In this document: in pieces, positions 1-9,893 of the stretch
How the letters are laid out: the number at the start of each line of letters is the position of its first letter
How positions within the stretch are numbered: position 1 is the first letter of the stretch
DNA from: Promethearchaeota archaeon
GTDB taxonomy: Archaea > Asgardarchaeota > Lokiarchaeia > Sigyniarchaeales > SOKP01
Reading direction: 5' to 3'
Length of the DNA: 64,000 nt
NCBI GenBank assembly: GCA_016839765.1
Contig: JAEOTP010000012.1
Coordinates: 49,892-113,891 of the forward strand
Position numbers and translations under genes: made by a program
Notes under the pieces: model-generated
What the model was told of the DNA's origin: nothing
Seen by the model: only the letters and a program-made list of their open reading frames with translations
Databases searched by the model: none

Positions 1-687
1 ATTACAACTACAAATACAAGACCTATGGTTCCACCTACATTTGGAGTGGAGCCATTATTGGGCACAAACCCTTTAACCATGGGAGCTCCAACAGATGAAA
101 AGTTTCCCTTTTTAATTGATTGTGCAACATCAATTATTCAGAGAGGTAAGGTAGAGGTATATAACAGATTAAATAAATCACTTCCTAATGGCTTAATAAT
201 AACAAAAAATGGGAAAACTGAGGATGATCCCAAAGAAGTATTACATGAATTGGATGAAGCTTCAGCTGCATTATTACCTCTGGGTGGAAAAGGCGAAAGT
301 ACTTCAGGGCATAAAGGGTATGGCTATGCAACTTTTGTAGAAATATTATCTTCAGCATTACAAGAGGGTATATTTTTAAAAAATACTGCTGGGATTTATG
401 AAAATGGTCAAAAGAGGCTACCAGTGGGCCATTTCTTCTTAGCTATTAACCTTGAAAACTTTATGGGAATAAATTCTTTTAAAAATACAACTGGAAAGAT
501 CATGAGGAGTTTAAGGAGTTCTAAAAAAGAACCTGGAGTCGAGAAGATTTATACAGGAGGAGAAAAAGAATATATCAATGAAATTGAAAGAAAAAAAACA
601 GGAATTCCTTTAAATAAAAGTATTCAACAAGATATTAAGCTTATTCAAAAGGAATTAGAATTAGAAAAATATGTTTTTAATTTTTAA
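1..687 (+). CDS. Ldh2-family (malate/L-lactate/sulfolactate-type) dehydrogenase, C-terminal part; 5' end lies outside the window
   Basis: Frame 1 is open from nt 1 (ITTTNTRPMVPP...). The blocks GTNPLTMGAP, CATSIIQRGKV, GGKGESTSGHKGYGYA and HFFLAINLENF fit my memory of the Ldh_2 family. Confidence 0.6.
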   Translation: MTTTNTRPMVPPTFGVEPLLGTNPLTMGAPTDEKFPFLIDCATSIIQRGKVEVYNRLNKSLPNGLIITKNGKTEDDPKEVLHELDEASAALLPLGGKGESTSGHKGYGYATFVEILSSALQEGIFLKNTAGIYENGQKRLPVGHFFLAINLENFMGINSFKNTTGKIMRSLRSSKKEPGVEKIYTGGEKEYINEIERKKTGIPLNKSIQQDIKLIQKELELEKYVFNF

Positions 688-2125
688 ATAATATTCCATC
701 TGTTCGCTCTTTTAATGGCTCTGAATGAAAGATAATTTGATTTAATCCTTCAATATCAAGCTCTTCAATAACTTTTTGCTCTAATCCAGTAATAATATCA
801 TGAACATGTGAAATGTTTAGATTGTCATCGAAAAAAATATGCAATTCAAGAACACAGAAATCAATGGTTGACCATAACTCTAATCCATGATATCCTTTGA
901 CTTCTGGATGGGTTCTGAGGATTTTTTCAATTCTTTCTTCAATAGAATTCAATTCGTCCTGATTAAATCTTTTACATGATAATTGTTTCGGTGATAATTT
1001 TTCAGTCAATGCTCCTGATTCAATATGGGTAATTATTCTAGAAATACGGGGTTCTTCTTTCTTCAATTCCTGTTCAAAATTATTACTTATATCATGAGCT
1101 CTCTTAAGCGATAAATTTTCATTAACTACTATTGATATTGAAAGAAAATACTCATTTTCGATTCTGAACACAGTCATATCTTTGAATTTGAGAATTTCAT
1201 GAAATTCTGATTTCATAGAATGGAGTAAATTAATGATTTTATCCCCAATAGATATTTCTCCACTAAGAGGATTCATCTCTATAATACTTTCAACCTTATA
1301 AGGAGGGAAATACGATTTAGACATTGAGGAAATTGCTTTAGTAATTTCATTGGCATGTATTATCGAAATATGATCTTCAACAGAAAGCCGTACATCTATA
1401 AAGAGTTCATCTCCACTTGCTCTAATTTTTATGTCGTCAACAGCATTAACATGTTCTAAGTGAAATATTTTTTGCTTGATCTCTTCTATGATATACGGAC
1501 TAATAGGGTTTACATCAGCTAAATTTGTTATACCTTTTTTTAATAGAAAAGCTGAGCTAAAAATAATCCAAATTGAAAGAATTATACTAAAAAATGGATC
1601 TAAAAAGTTAATATTAAAAAAAATAACTAAAACAAAACTTACCAAAACTATTATTGCTCGCAAAGAATCTTGAAATAAATTTAATCCTTGTACTTGCAGT
1701 GATAAGCTTTTTCTTTTTTTTCCTTGCGAAATTAAAATTCTAGAGAATACTATATTTATAAGGAAAGAAATTATGAGAATTTGAAAACCTAAGTTTGGAT
1801 TAGAGACAATATATGATTGTCTAATTATAACTTGAATTGTATTTAAAATCAAGAAAAAGTATGTGGTTATAAGAAAGACTCCTTGAATCATTGCTCCAAT
1901 TGAATCCATCTTAGAATGTCCATACATATGTTCAAAATCTGGAGGACGCTGACTGATATATATAGAAAAAATAGTTAAAAATACAAATACAATATCTGAT
2001 AAAGTATCCACTGTTTCAGACAAAAAACTTAAACTTCCAGTAATTATAACTCCAAATAATTTTAAACCAGATTGGAGTAAGATTACTATAAAGGCACTAA
2101 TTCCAAATTTGAGTTTAATATTCAT
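677..2125 (-). CDS. Cation diffusion facilitator (CDF) metal transporter with three tandem cytoplasmic C-terminal domains
   Basis: The 6-TM core carries CDF signatures (GSLSFLSETVDTLSD, HMYGHSKMDSIGA). It is followed by three ZT_dimer-like repeats ending IIEMNP, ITHIES and IFHSEP. At 482 aa it is much longer than the usual ~300 aa. Confidence 0.8.
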   Translation of the reverse strand: MNIKLKFGISAFIVILLQSGLKLFGVIITGSLSFLSETVDTLSDIVFVFLTIFSIYISQRPPDFEHMYGHSKMDSIGAMIQGVFLITTYFFLILNTIQVIIRQSYIVSNPNLGFQILIISFLINIVFSRILISQGKKRKSLSLQVQGLNLFQDSLRAIIVLVSFVLVIFFNINFLDPFFSIILSIWIIFSSAFLLKKGITNLADVNPISPYIIEEIKQKIFHLEHVNAVDDIKIRASGDELFIDVRLSVEDHISIIHANEITKAISSMSKSYFPPYKVESIIEMNPLSGEISIGDKIINLLHSMKSEFHEILKFKDMTVFRIENEYFLSISIVVNENLSLKRAHDISNNFEQELKKEEPRISRIITHIESGALTEKLSPKQLSCKRFNQDELNSIEERIEKILRTHPEVKGYHGLELWSTIDFCVLELHIFFDDNLNISHVHDIITGLEQKVIEELDIEGLNQIIFHSEPLKERTDGILFKN

Positions 2126-2252
2126 TTTAGAAAAGACTTACAAAAAACAACACGATTAAAAAGTTTGAATTAAGAGTATAAGTTAAATTTTGCTAAAAAA
2201 TATTAAAAAATAGAGTGGTTGATTTAAGAATATTAGATATTCACTTTATTCG

Positions 2253-3485
2253 TTATAAATGCCTTGGCACCTTAATTTCGAGATTAGTGATTGGATACGA
2301 AGCACATGGATGGAAATAATTAAACTTTTTATCTGCTGATCTTCTCCAATCTGAAAATGGACTTACGTATATATCGCCTGAAATAAGTAGTGATCGACAG
2401 AACCCACATTCACCTGAGCGACATTTTGAAGGAGGAGATAAATTTGCTCTTTCCATAGCAACCAAAATTGATTCAGATGATAACGCAGGTATTTCTTTCA
2501 TTAAATTTCCAATTCGAACTTTAATTTTAAAACTTTTTTCAGCAAGTTCTTTTGGAAATCCAGGAAGGGAAATTACATCCTTAATTTCTCCGAAGGCCTC
2601 CCTACGAATTCTTTTATGAGGTAGATGAAGTTTTTCCATTTCTTTTTCGACAAAATCATACATAATCTGAGGTCCACAGATAAAAAATGAACTATTTCTC
2701 GCTTCACAATACTTTTCGATAATATCAGTAGTAATAAATCCTTGTTCACATCCCTCTAATGTAATTTCCTCACAGCTTAAAATATAAACTACTTTAAATT
2801 TATCTGGATAATTTTTCTCAAGCTCTTTAAATTCTTCATAATAAACAATATCGTCTTCTTCACTGCTTCCATATAATAAAATTAGTCTAGCATCTATAAG
2901 TTCTTCTACGATTGCTTTTGCTATCGAGCGGAACGGTGTGATTCCAGAACCTCCAGCAATCCCCACTATATTCTTTAAATCTCGAAGTGGTTCATAATAA
3001 AAAAATCCTTCTGGTCCAGAACTTTCAACTTTAGCTCCAACTTTCCAATGATCCCATATATAATGGGTTAAAAAACCTTCCTCTTCTCTTCTAATAGTGA
3101 GCTCATAAAAACCATTTAAAGCATCTTTAGGAGAAGAAGCGAGAGAATATGGTCTTGTGATTTCTACCCCATTAACTTTAACTTTTACACTTAGATATTG
3201 CCCCGGTCTAAAATAAGTTAATTCTTTAGTCATCGAATTAGGGTCTTGTATTAGTTTAAAAGTCTTTGTTGATTTTGTTTCTTCTTTAATTTCACATATT
3301 TTTAAATATTGACGTTCTGGATGAAGTTTTCTAGCAATATTGTTTATTGGATCCGATGTAATTGGTTCAGCTGAAGCTTTTTCTATTCTTTTCTTTTTTT
3401 GAGGCACTAATTTTGTAAAAGCAAATAAATCTTTAGTATTCGATTTTATTGTAATAATAAATCGCTCATCATCTTTTTTACTCAT
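2253..3485 (-). CDS. FNR-like flavin reductase with C-terminal 2Fe-2S ferredoxin domain
   Basis: It has an RxYS FAD motif (RPYSLASS), an NAD(P) motif (GIAGGSGITPF) and a C-terminal CRSGECGFC cysteine cluster. Its start overlaps the upstream gene stop by 4 nt (ATGA), suggesting an operon. Confidence 0.7.
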   Translation of the reverse strand: MSKKDDERFIITIKSNTKDLFAFTKLVPQKKKRIEKASAEPITSDPINNIARKLHPERQYLKICEIKEETKSTKTFKLIQDPNSMTKELTYFRPGQYLSVKVKVNGVEITRPYSLASSPKDALNGFYELTIRREEEGFLTHYIWDHWKVGAKVESSGPEGFFYYEPLRDLKNIVGIAGGSGITPFRSIAKAIVEELIDARLILLYGSSEEDDIVYYEEFKELEKNYPDKFKVVYILSCEEITLEGCEQGFITTDIIEKYCEARNSSFFICGPQIMYDFVEKEMEKLHLPHKRIRREAFGEIKDVISLPGFPKELAEKSFKIKVRIGNLMKEIPALSSESILVAMERANLSPPSKCRSGECGFCRSLLISGDIYVSPFSDWRRSADKKFNYFHPCASYPITNLEIKVPRHL

Positions 3486-5052
3486 TTACCCTCACCTTCT
3501 TTAATTAATTCTTGTAATGTAAGAAGCGCAGATGTATATCCATCAGAGATGGTGCTTCCATACCCGTGAGCCCGTCTGCCAAATCCTCCCGCAAACTCAA
3601 GTCCTTTAATATAATTATCCTGCCCCATCATCATCAATCTTGGTACTAATGAATCCCAAGATTCTGGTTCATAACCATATATAATTCCATTATAAGTTCT
3701 TGTAAATCTTGCAAAAGTAGCTGGAGTTGCAACTTCTATCTCTTCAATATGTTCCCTAATCGGCGCTCCAGTTGCTTCTTCAAACTGGATTATTAGCTCT
3801 TCAGCAATTTTGTTTTTAATGTCAACATACTGTTCTGGTTTGACATCCTTCCATATTTCAGGTTTAAAAAGAGTAGTAATATATATAATACAAGTGCCTG
3901 GAGGTGAACATTCTGGATTTGGTACATTAAGTACAACAGCAGCTTGACCTCCTGGTGATTGTAACTTACTCCAAGAATTATATATTTCTTCAGTATTCAT
4001 ATTTTTCATGATAAAATAACCATATTCTTTTAAACCTAATTCTTCAGCTGTTGCATCAAGGCCTAAATAAACACAAAAACCCGTTAATCCATGTATTCGA
4101 GCATTTACTTCCTTATAGGCAATTTCTGGAACTTCTGATTTAGGGTAAATTAATTTATTATAGGTCAATGTTGGAGAGGCATTACAAATTACATGATTTG
4201 TTTTAATTTTATCTCCTCTTGAGGTTTCGACTCCGACTACTTTACCGTTTTCTACTAAGATTTTCTCGACTCTAGTATTATATTCAATATTACCTCCAAG
4301 TTCTCTTATTTTAACGTCAAAACAGTAGTATATTCATGAGATCGGTTTTTCAATATGTATGCTCCATATTCCATGTAACCAAGAACCATAGAAGCAAAAA
4401 TAGTAAAATTAACTCGATCTATGGGAAGTCCTATATAAGACCAATATGCATTAAGAATTTTACGAGCATCCTCGGGTATGTTTAACGCATCTTCGACTTC
4501 TTTTGTACTATAAGCTGCGGTCTTAAGAAAGTTTGGATATTCTTTCATTAAAACCCCTTGATCTGGATTTCCTCTTGTTGCTCCAAAATATCTAAAAGCA
4601 TCACGAATTTCTTTTGCTATATCGAAAAGTTTTGTTACTGAATCTCTGCTACCAGGAAACTGTTTTTCAATTGCTTCAATAAAATTTTCTACCCCAAATG
4701 GCATAGTTACATCTAATTTTTCAGATGGATCGGTTAAAATAAGTCTATAAGCTTCGGGGACTGCTACAAATTCAACATCTAAGCCAAATCTGTCCTCGAA
4801 TAATTTTCTAACACTTCCTCTATTCGATGGGGGACCAATGCTCGCGAATTCATGAAGAGATGTTTCAAACTCAAACCGTCCTCTCACAAAACTTGAAGCA
4901 AAACCTCCAGGTAAATTATGTTGTTCAAATAAAATTATCTTCTTTCCATTTAACGCTAATTGTGTTGCTGCCGCCAATCCACCATTTCCTGCTCCAATTA
5001 CTACCACATTATAAGTATCAATTATTATTTGTTCTTTTTCTTGAGTATTCAT
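3482..5052 (-). pseudogene. FAD-dependent oxidoreductase of the phytoene desaturase (CrtI-like) family, interrupted by a 1-nt frameshift
   Basis: The N-terminus has a Rossmann motif (VVVIGAGNGGLAAA). ORFs 4306..5052 and 3482..4168 are joined by an uncalled in-frame stretch at 4169..4305 (IRELGGNIEYNTRVEKILVENGKVVGVETSRGDKIKTNHVICNASP). The two frames differ by one nt at the T4 run 4309..4312. Confidence 0.7.
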
Positions 5053-5170
5053 TCTAATAAACCCCTAATTAAGATTTATTTTTGAAAATTACTTCATTTA
5101 ATCTTTTGAATAATTAATATCTTTTTTTTAATAAAAGTAAAATTTAGATTTTTAAACAGTTCTTTTAACA

Positions 5171-6067
5171 TTACTTTTTGGCTGGAGAAGCATAACAATA
5201 ATCACAATTATGCTTACATCTAAATTTTCCCGTATATCCTCCAATATCTTTTGATTTAAAGCATCCACAACTTTTACGTTGCCCAGAGTCTCTGATTTTT
5301 GGAATGGGTTCACCAATAATTTTTTCGATTTTATAAGCATCAATACAATGTGCTTGTTCAATTCCTTTAATATCGAGTAGATCGGGTTGACAGCATGCTT
5401 TCATTGTAATATTATACTTTTCACAGATTTTTTTTAATTTATTTAATATTTCTTTTTTCTTATTAATTGGGGGATCAATTGGAATAAACCCTCTTGAGAT
5501 CATACGGTGTTTTACTTTTGAATAAATGGTTGCAAATGAAAAAATCATCTCTGTTAACCCTAAAGAAGAAATCTTCTCAATAATATAATTAAATTTACCT
5601 AAATTACTGGTTATAGAATTTGAATTTTTTTTCTTGTAAAATATTATTGGATCAAACCTGAAATTCACTGATAAAATTCCAAAATTTTCGATTAACCACT
5701 CCATCTGCTTAAATCTTTCTCCTAAAGAAATATTAATATTACCTTCTAATTCGGATGGTGAATTAATTGTAAATTGGAAATAATGCCCTTTGTATAAATC
5801 AAAAAGTGCTTGGCCTGAATGGTATGCCTTAATCCATTCTTTAAAGTTTTTGCTCCACCAACACCAACATTTAACATCCTTAGGATCCAATGATACTCGA
5901 TATATCTGACTTCTATTGAAAGGATTGGTTACATCAACGTAACCTGTTTTTATTTTTTCAATAACCCATTCCATCAAAAATGCAGGAATATCTGTTCTTC
6001 TTGAGCATGATATAATTGGAGATATAACAATAGGGGGGTCCTTCTTTTTTTGTTTCAAATTATTCAT
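5171..6067 (-). CDS. DUF1848-like protein with C-terminal Cys cluster
   Basis: The N-terminal SCSRRTDIPAF motif and C-terminal cysteines (CGCFKSKDIGGYTGKFRCKHNCDYCYA) resemble DUF1848 as I recall it. Confidence 0.45.
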   Translation of the reverse strand: MNNLKQKKKDPPIVISPIISCSRRTDIPAFLMEWVIEKIKTGYVDVTNPFNRSQIYRVSLDPKDVKCWCWWSKNFKEWIKAYHSGQALFDLYKGHYFQFTINSPSELEGNINISLGERFKQMEWLIENFGILSVNFRFDPIIFYKKKNSNSITSNLGKFNYIIEKISSLGLTEMIFSFATIYSKVKHRMISRGFIPIDPPINKKKEILNKLKKICEKYNITMKACCQPDLLDIKGIEQAHCIDAYKIEKIIGEPIPKIRDSGQRKSCGCFKSKDIGGYTGKFRCKHNCDYCYASPAKK

Positions 6068-6071
6068 TCTT

Positions 6072-7673
6072 TCACATATTTGACAAGTAAATATTCAAAG
6101 CTTTTATGAATATTTGTTTTTCATTTTCTTTATTAATTTTCTGCTTATATTCTTCTTTTTCAAGCTGATCATAAATCATTAAATGAGGATTAATAAAAGC
6201 AGTTCCCCTCTTAACCATTTCACGAAATTTTTCCCTAAAATCGGCACTTAAGAAAAAGGGAAAAATCCCAGGACTATGCTCAGCTTTATGTTTCACATTA
6301 AATTTTTCTTTAAGCGTTAATATCACCTCATAAACAGTTTGACCAATTGTGGTTAAGTTTTTCTCATTGCCTTTATAAAAATATTCAATGGGGACTGGTA
6401 AACGCATATGTAATAATAATCCTTGGCCTTTTCGAAAATTTATATGTCCATATCCAAAAATTACTTTATGGAACCCATGTTTAATAAAAATGTTATTTAT
6501 TGTTTCTATTACTTCCGGCAAATTCTTTGGCTCACTTAAAATGTCTTCAAAACTGGGAAATGCGATGTAATCAGAACTAGTATCTGATGTCTGGACTAAT
6601 AAAGCAAATGCTGATCTTTCTTGAAGATATTCTTGAAATTCTTCTTCAGTTAATATTTTCCAAGAACATCTCGTTTCCTTATTCATGATTCTTAGAAATT
6701 CATCAACTTCACTTGAAGTTCCTTTTATAATGGCAGCCCATTTAGTTTTTATATCCTCTTTACTTGAAATAATCAACTCATTAAATTTACCAGGAAGTTT
6801 CTCATTTGAAATGACAAATTCACTAATTAAGGGAAAGATTTTAAAATCTAAAACTGATTGAAGACCATTGAATGCTAATTCTATGTTATGCCCATACATA
6901 ATTGCTCGTTTTAAGTCTGTTAGAGGTTTATATAATTTAAATATGGCACTTAGGACTACTCCAAAAAAACCATTACCACCAATAATTCTTTTAAAAAGGG
7001 AATTATGATGATTAATGTTAAGAATAGTTCCATTAGGTTTCATGATACGCATGCTTTCAACCCAATTTTCTACTGAACCTAACTTACCTGATGTGACTCC
7101 ACTTGCATTTGAAGAAATAAGCCCCCCTATTCTCACTGGCAGCTTTAAAGCACTTGCAGGTTGTATCGGGAAGATATATTTTCCATTGCTTAAAAATTGA
7201 ACTGTTTTAATCAAATCTGAAATTAGTGCGCTTTGTTCTACACTTATTTGCTCTTTTTTAAAATTTATCTGAAATGGTTCATTAAACGAATGAAGATCAG
7301 CAAGATCCACTACAATTCCAAAATTTGAATACCCTCCTGATAATCCTGTTTTTCCTCCTGCAAATGTAATTGGAATTTTACATTCTTGCGAATAAACAAT
7401 TATCTTTTTCAACTGATCTTCAGTTATGGGTCGAAAAAGGACATATGGAGATATATGCAAATGGGAAGGATCACGAATACTACCTGATTGAATTCGATTT
7501 CCAATAAGCATTACATTTCCAGATAAAAATAGCTGCTTAAATTTATCTATATCTGATATTTGAGAAAAACTAAGAGATTCTTTTTTTATAAACCCTTCTT
7601 CTTCCATTTTCGATAAGAAGATATCCCATGGTAATTCTCTTTGAAGGTTTTTAATAATATTTTCCAATCCCAT
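6072..7673 (-). CDS. FAD-linked oxidase (GlcD / FAD_binding_4 family)
   Basis: It has an FAD-binding block (IPITFAGGKTGLSGG), SNASGVTSGK, and a C-terminal oxidase-like region. Confidence 0.6.
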   Translation of the reverse strand: MGLENIIKNLQRELPWDIFLSKMEEEGFIKKESLSFSQISDIDKFKQLFLSGNVMLIGNRIQSGSIRDPSHLHISPYVLFRPITEDQLKKIIVYSQECKIPITFAGGKTGLSGGYSNFGIVVDLADLHSFNEPFQINFKKEQISVEQSALISDLIKTVQFLSNGKYIFPIQPASALKLPVRIGGLISSNASGVTSGKLGSVENWVESMRIMKPNGTILNINHHNSLFKRIIGGNGFFGVVLSAIFKLYKPLTDLKRAIMYGHNIELAFNGLQSVLDFKIFPLISEFVISNEKLPGKFNELIISSKEDIKTKWAAIIKGTSSEVDEFLRIMNKETRCSWKILTEEEFQEYLQERSAFALLVQTSDTSSDYIAFPSFEDILSEPKNLPEVIETINNIFIKHGFHKVIFGYGHINFRKGQGLLLHMRLPVPIEYFYKGNEKNLTTIGQTVYEVILTLKEKFNVKHKAEHSPGIFPFFLSADFREKFREMVKRGTAFINPHLMIYDQLEKEEYKQKINKENEKQIFIKALNIYLSNM

Positions 7674-7729
7674 TCTTTATCATAATTATCTCGTTAAATA
7701 TTTGAATTTTGCTCTTTTGAATGATACTC

Positions 7730-8623
7730 TCAAATTTCTTTTTTTATGTCATCCATTTGTGCTTGTCGTTTTCCTAGGATAAATGAACTTAATATAATTA
7801 AAATAATGGCTACAGTAAAAAATACAACTGATAAGATACTTGGTGGAGGTAATAAAAACACTAAGAAGTATACAATTGATGGTGTACTTTGAGTAGGTGT
7901 ATTCTGTATTGGAACTAATTTACTTGCATCTCCATACCTTAATGAAGCAGCCATTTTCGTAATTCCAAATATATTTACTAAGATTAATACAATTGAAGAT
8001 ATTATAAAGAGAATTATTTGTGCAATATTAAATATACCGCTAAAAATGTGAGCGATTACTCCGATTAAAACTCCAGTCCAGAAATTAGATAATGAAAACA
8101 TGAAACCTGATAATAGTGCCAATAAAATACCCCTGAATCTTTCAGATTTTTTTTGCATGAGTTGAAGCAGGAATCCCAATACGGTTAAAACAGAAGTATA
8201 AATTGTCATTCTAATTATAAATTGAGTCTCAAATAAATTAAATTCAGAAAGTTCAATTGATAATTCACTAAATCCAAGTGAAGTAATGGCTATAATCATC
8301 ATTAAAATTGCTATTATTTCTATTACTGTTAACTTCTCCCCGATTATTTTCACAGAACCTATTGCTAATACAATTAAACCACATGCCATTAAACCAGGAA
8401 TTATAGCTGGCCCAATGAATATTTGAGCTACCATAAAAAAAGCTGAACCTAATCCGAAACGAATAAATAATGCAAATATCCATAAAGGAGTTCTAACTAA
8501 ACTTTTCATTAATTTCACATCAGGCGGTAATTTGTTTATTATCATCTTTTCAATTAACATCCCTGAGAAATGTGAAAGTCCAGATAATATTGCTAATAAA
8601 ACACCTAACCAATATGTCTCCAC
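7730..8623 (-). CDS. Polytopic membrane protein, DMT/NIPA-like transporter candidate
   Basis: It has about 9 hydrophobic helices. The N-terminus (GVLLAILSGLSHFSGMLIEK) is reminiscent of NIPA/EamA-type carriers. Confidence 0.4.
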   Translation of the reverse strand: METYWLGVLLAILSGLSHFSGMLIEKMIINKLPPDVKLMKSLVRTPLWIFALFIRFGLGSAFFMVAQIFIGPAIIPGLMACGLIVLAIGSVKIIGEKLTVIEIIAILMMIIAITSLGFSELSIELSEFNLFETQFIIRMTIYTSVLTVLGFLLQLMQKKSERFRGILLALLSGFMFSLSNFWTGVLIGVIAHIFSGIFNIAQIILFIISSIVLILVNIFGITKMAASLRYGDASKLVPIQNTPTQSTPSIVYFLVFLLPPPSILSVVFFTVAIILIILSSFILGKRQAQMDDIKKEI

Positions 8624-8732
8624 TTTAAAACACCATTAAATTCGAGATAAAAAAATTTAAAATTATAATATATTATCTTTTTATCCAAATTTAAGAATTA
8701 AATCTGTTAAAAAAAACCAAATAAAAAAAAAG

Positions 8733-8911
8733 TTAAATTTTGTCCCAAGCGGCATGAACTTTTTTTCCTGTCATTTCAATCACAGGACCCATGCCATCCT
8801 TATCAGCTAGATTAGCTTCGACTGCTACTTTCATAATCGAAGTATGGGAACTTTATGTTCCTCTATAATTATTCTCAATATATCTCTTTCAAGAACTCGT
8901 TTACTATTCAT
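8733..8911 (-). pseudogene. Decayed paralog of the adjacent DUF302 gene (internal deletion plus stop)
   Basis: The minus strand reads MNSKRVLERDILRIIIEEH..T*SSHTSIMKVAVEANLADKDGMGPVIEMTGKKVHAAWDKI*. This matches DKAVERVEKIIVEEGF...SHASIMKIAPEAGLAPADKMKPVIEMTGKAVHAAWIRF* of gene 9006..9407. Confidence 0.6.
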
Positions 8912-9005
8912 AATAAGATTATTAAGTCTTTCTTATTAATTAGTTTAGAATATGATATCGCTTTATTTGCATTACTAAAAATTTTTAATTAAAAAAAAGA
9001 AAAAG

Positions 9006-9407
9006 TTAAAACCTAATCCAAGCTGCATGAACTGCTTTACCAGTCATTTCTATGACGGGTTTCATTTTATCAGCAGGAGCCAATCCAGCTTCAGGGGCTA
9101 TTTTCATAATTGAAGCATGACTTACATATACTTTTCCCGTTTCTTCATAGACTACAAAACTGCAAGGGAATAACAAACCAACATTTTTTGATACATCTAG
9201 TGCTCCTTTAGCAAATTCAGGGCCACAAGCTAGTATTATAGTATATCTGTCGTAATCTATTCCTAACTTCTTCTTAAATATCTCATCTATAGATTTTGTT
9301 AGCATATGACTAAAGCCTTCTTCAACAATAATTTTTTCAACACGCTCTACTGCTTTATCAAAATCCATATTTAATTCTTTTTTCAATATATCAACCATTT
9401 CTTCCAC
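9006..9407 (-). CDS. DUF302 domain protein
   Basis: The size (133 aa) and the pattern FDKAVERVEKIIVEEGF ... YTIILACGPEFA ... LLFPCSFVVYE fit DUF302. Confidence 0.7.
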   Translation of the reverse strand: MEEMVDILKKELNMDFDKAVERVEKIIVEEGFSHMLTKSIDEIFKKKLGIDYDRYTIILACGPEFAKGALDVSKNVGLLFPCSFVVYEETGKVYVSHASIMKIAPEAGLAPADKMKPVIEMTGKAVHAAWIRF

Positions 9408-9441
9408 TCTTTTGATTAAGTAAATTTTAGATTAAAAAAGT

Positions 9442-9822
9442 CTATTTTGCAAAATCTTCTAAAGCCTTAAATACATATTTTGTAAACATTAGTGAAGGAC
9501 CACCACCTAAAGTTCCAGCAACCATACTTGCTTCGATTATTTCCTCTTTTGTGGCTCCTTGATCTAATGCATGTTTAACGTGCCATGCTACGCAAAATTT
9601 ACATTGATAAGCAATTGAAAGCGCAATCCCTATTAACTCTTTCACTTTCGCGGATATAGCTCCATCAGCCTTGACAGCTCCGAAAAATTGTTGAAATCCT
9701 TTCATGGCATCGGGATGTTCTTGTCCTAATCTCTGAAGACTAGCTTGGGCAGCTTTAAAATATTCATTCATATCATCATCCATTTTATTTTCACCAAATT
9801 TTCTATTTATTAACATATACAC
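9442..9822 (-). CDS. AhpD-like / carboxymuconolactone decarboxylase family protein
   Basis: It has a CxxC-H core (YQCKFCVAWHVKHAL) and is small and all-helical. The true start is possibly an internal Met. Confidence 0.7.
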   Translation of the reverse strand: MYMLINRKFGENKMDDDMNEYFKAAQASLQRLGQEHPDAMKGFQQFFGAVKADGAISAKVKELIGIALSIAYQCKFCVAWHVKHALDQGATKEEIIEASMVAGTLGGGPSLMFTKYVFKALEDFAK

Positions 9823-9893
9823 GATTTGAGAAATAATAAAAATTCTCTTTATGAATTAAAAATCAAGATTATTAATCTAAAAAATTCAAAATA

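Noticed and set aside
5152-5361. A 69-aa ORF overlapping the 3' part of the DUF1848-like gene. Similar short overlapping ORFs are at 4827..5057, 6388..6570, 7015..7200, 8268..8483, 11098..11304, 31056..31298 and 32331..32573, among others.
   Set aside because: All are nested in or antisense to longer ORFs with recognisable family signatures, and their composition is typical of out-of-frame AT-rich translation.
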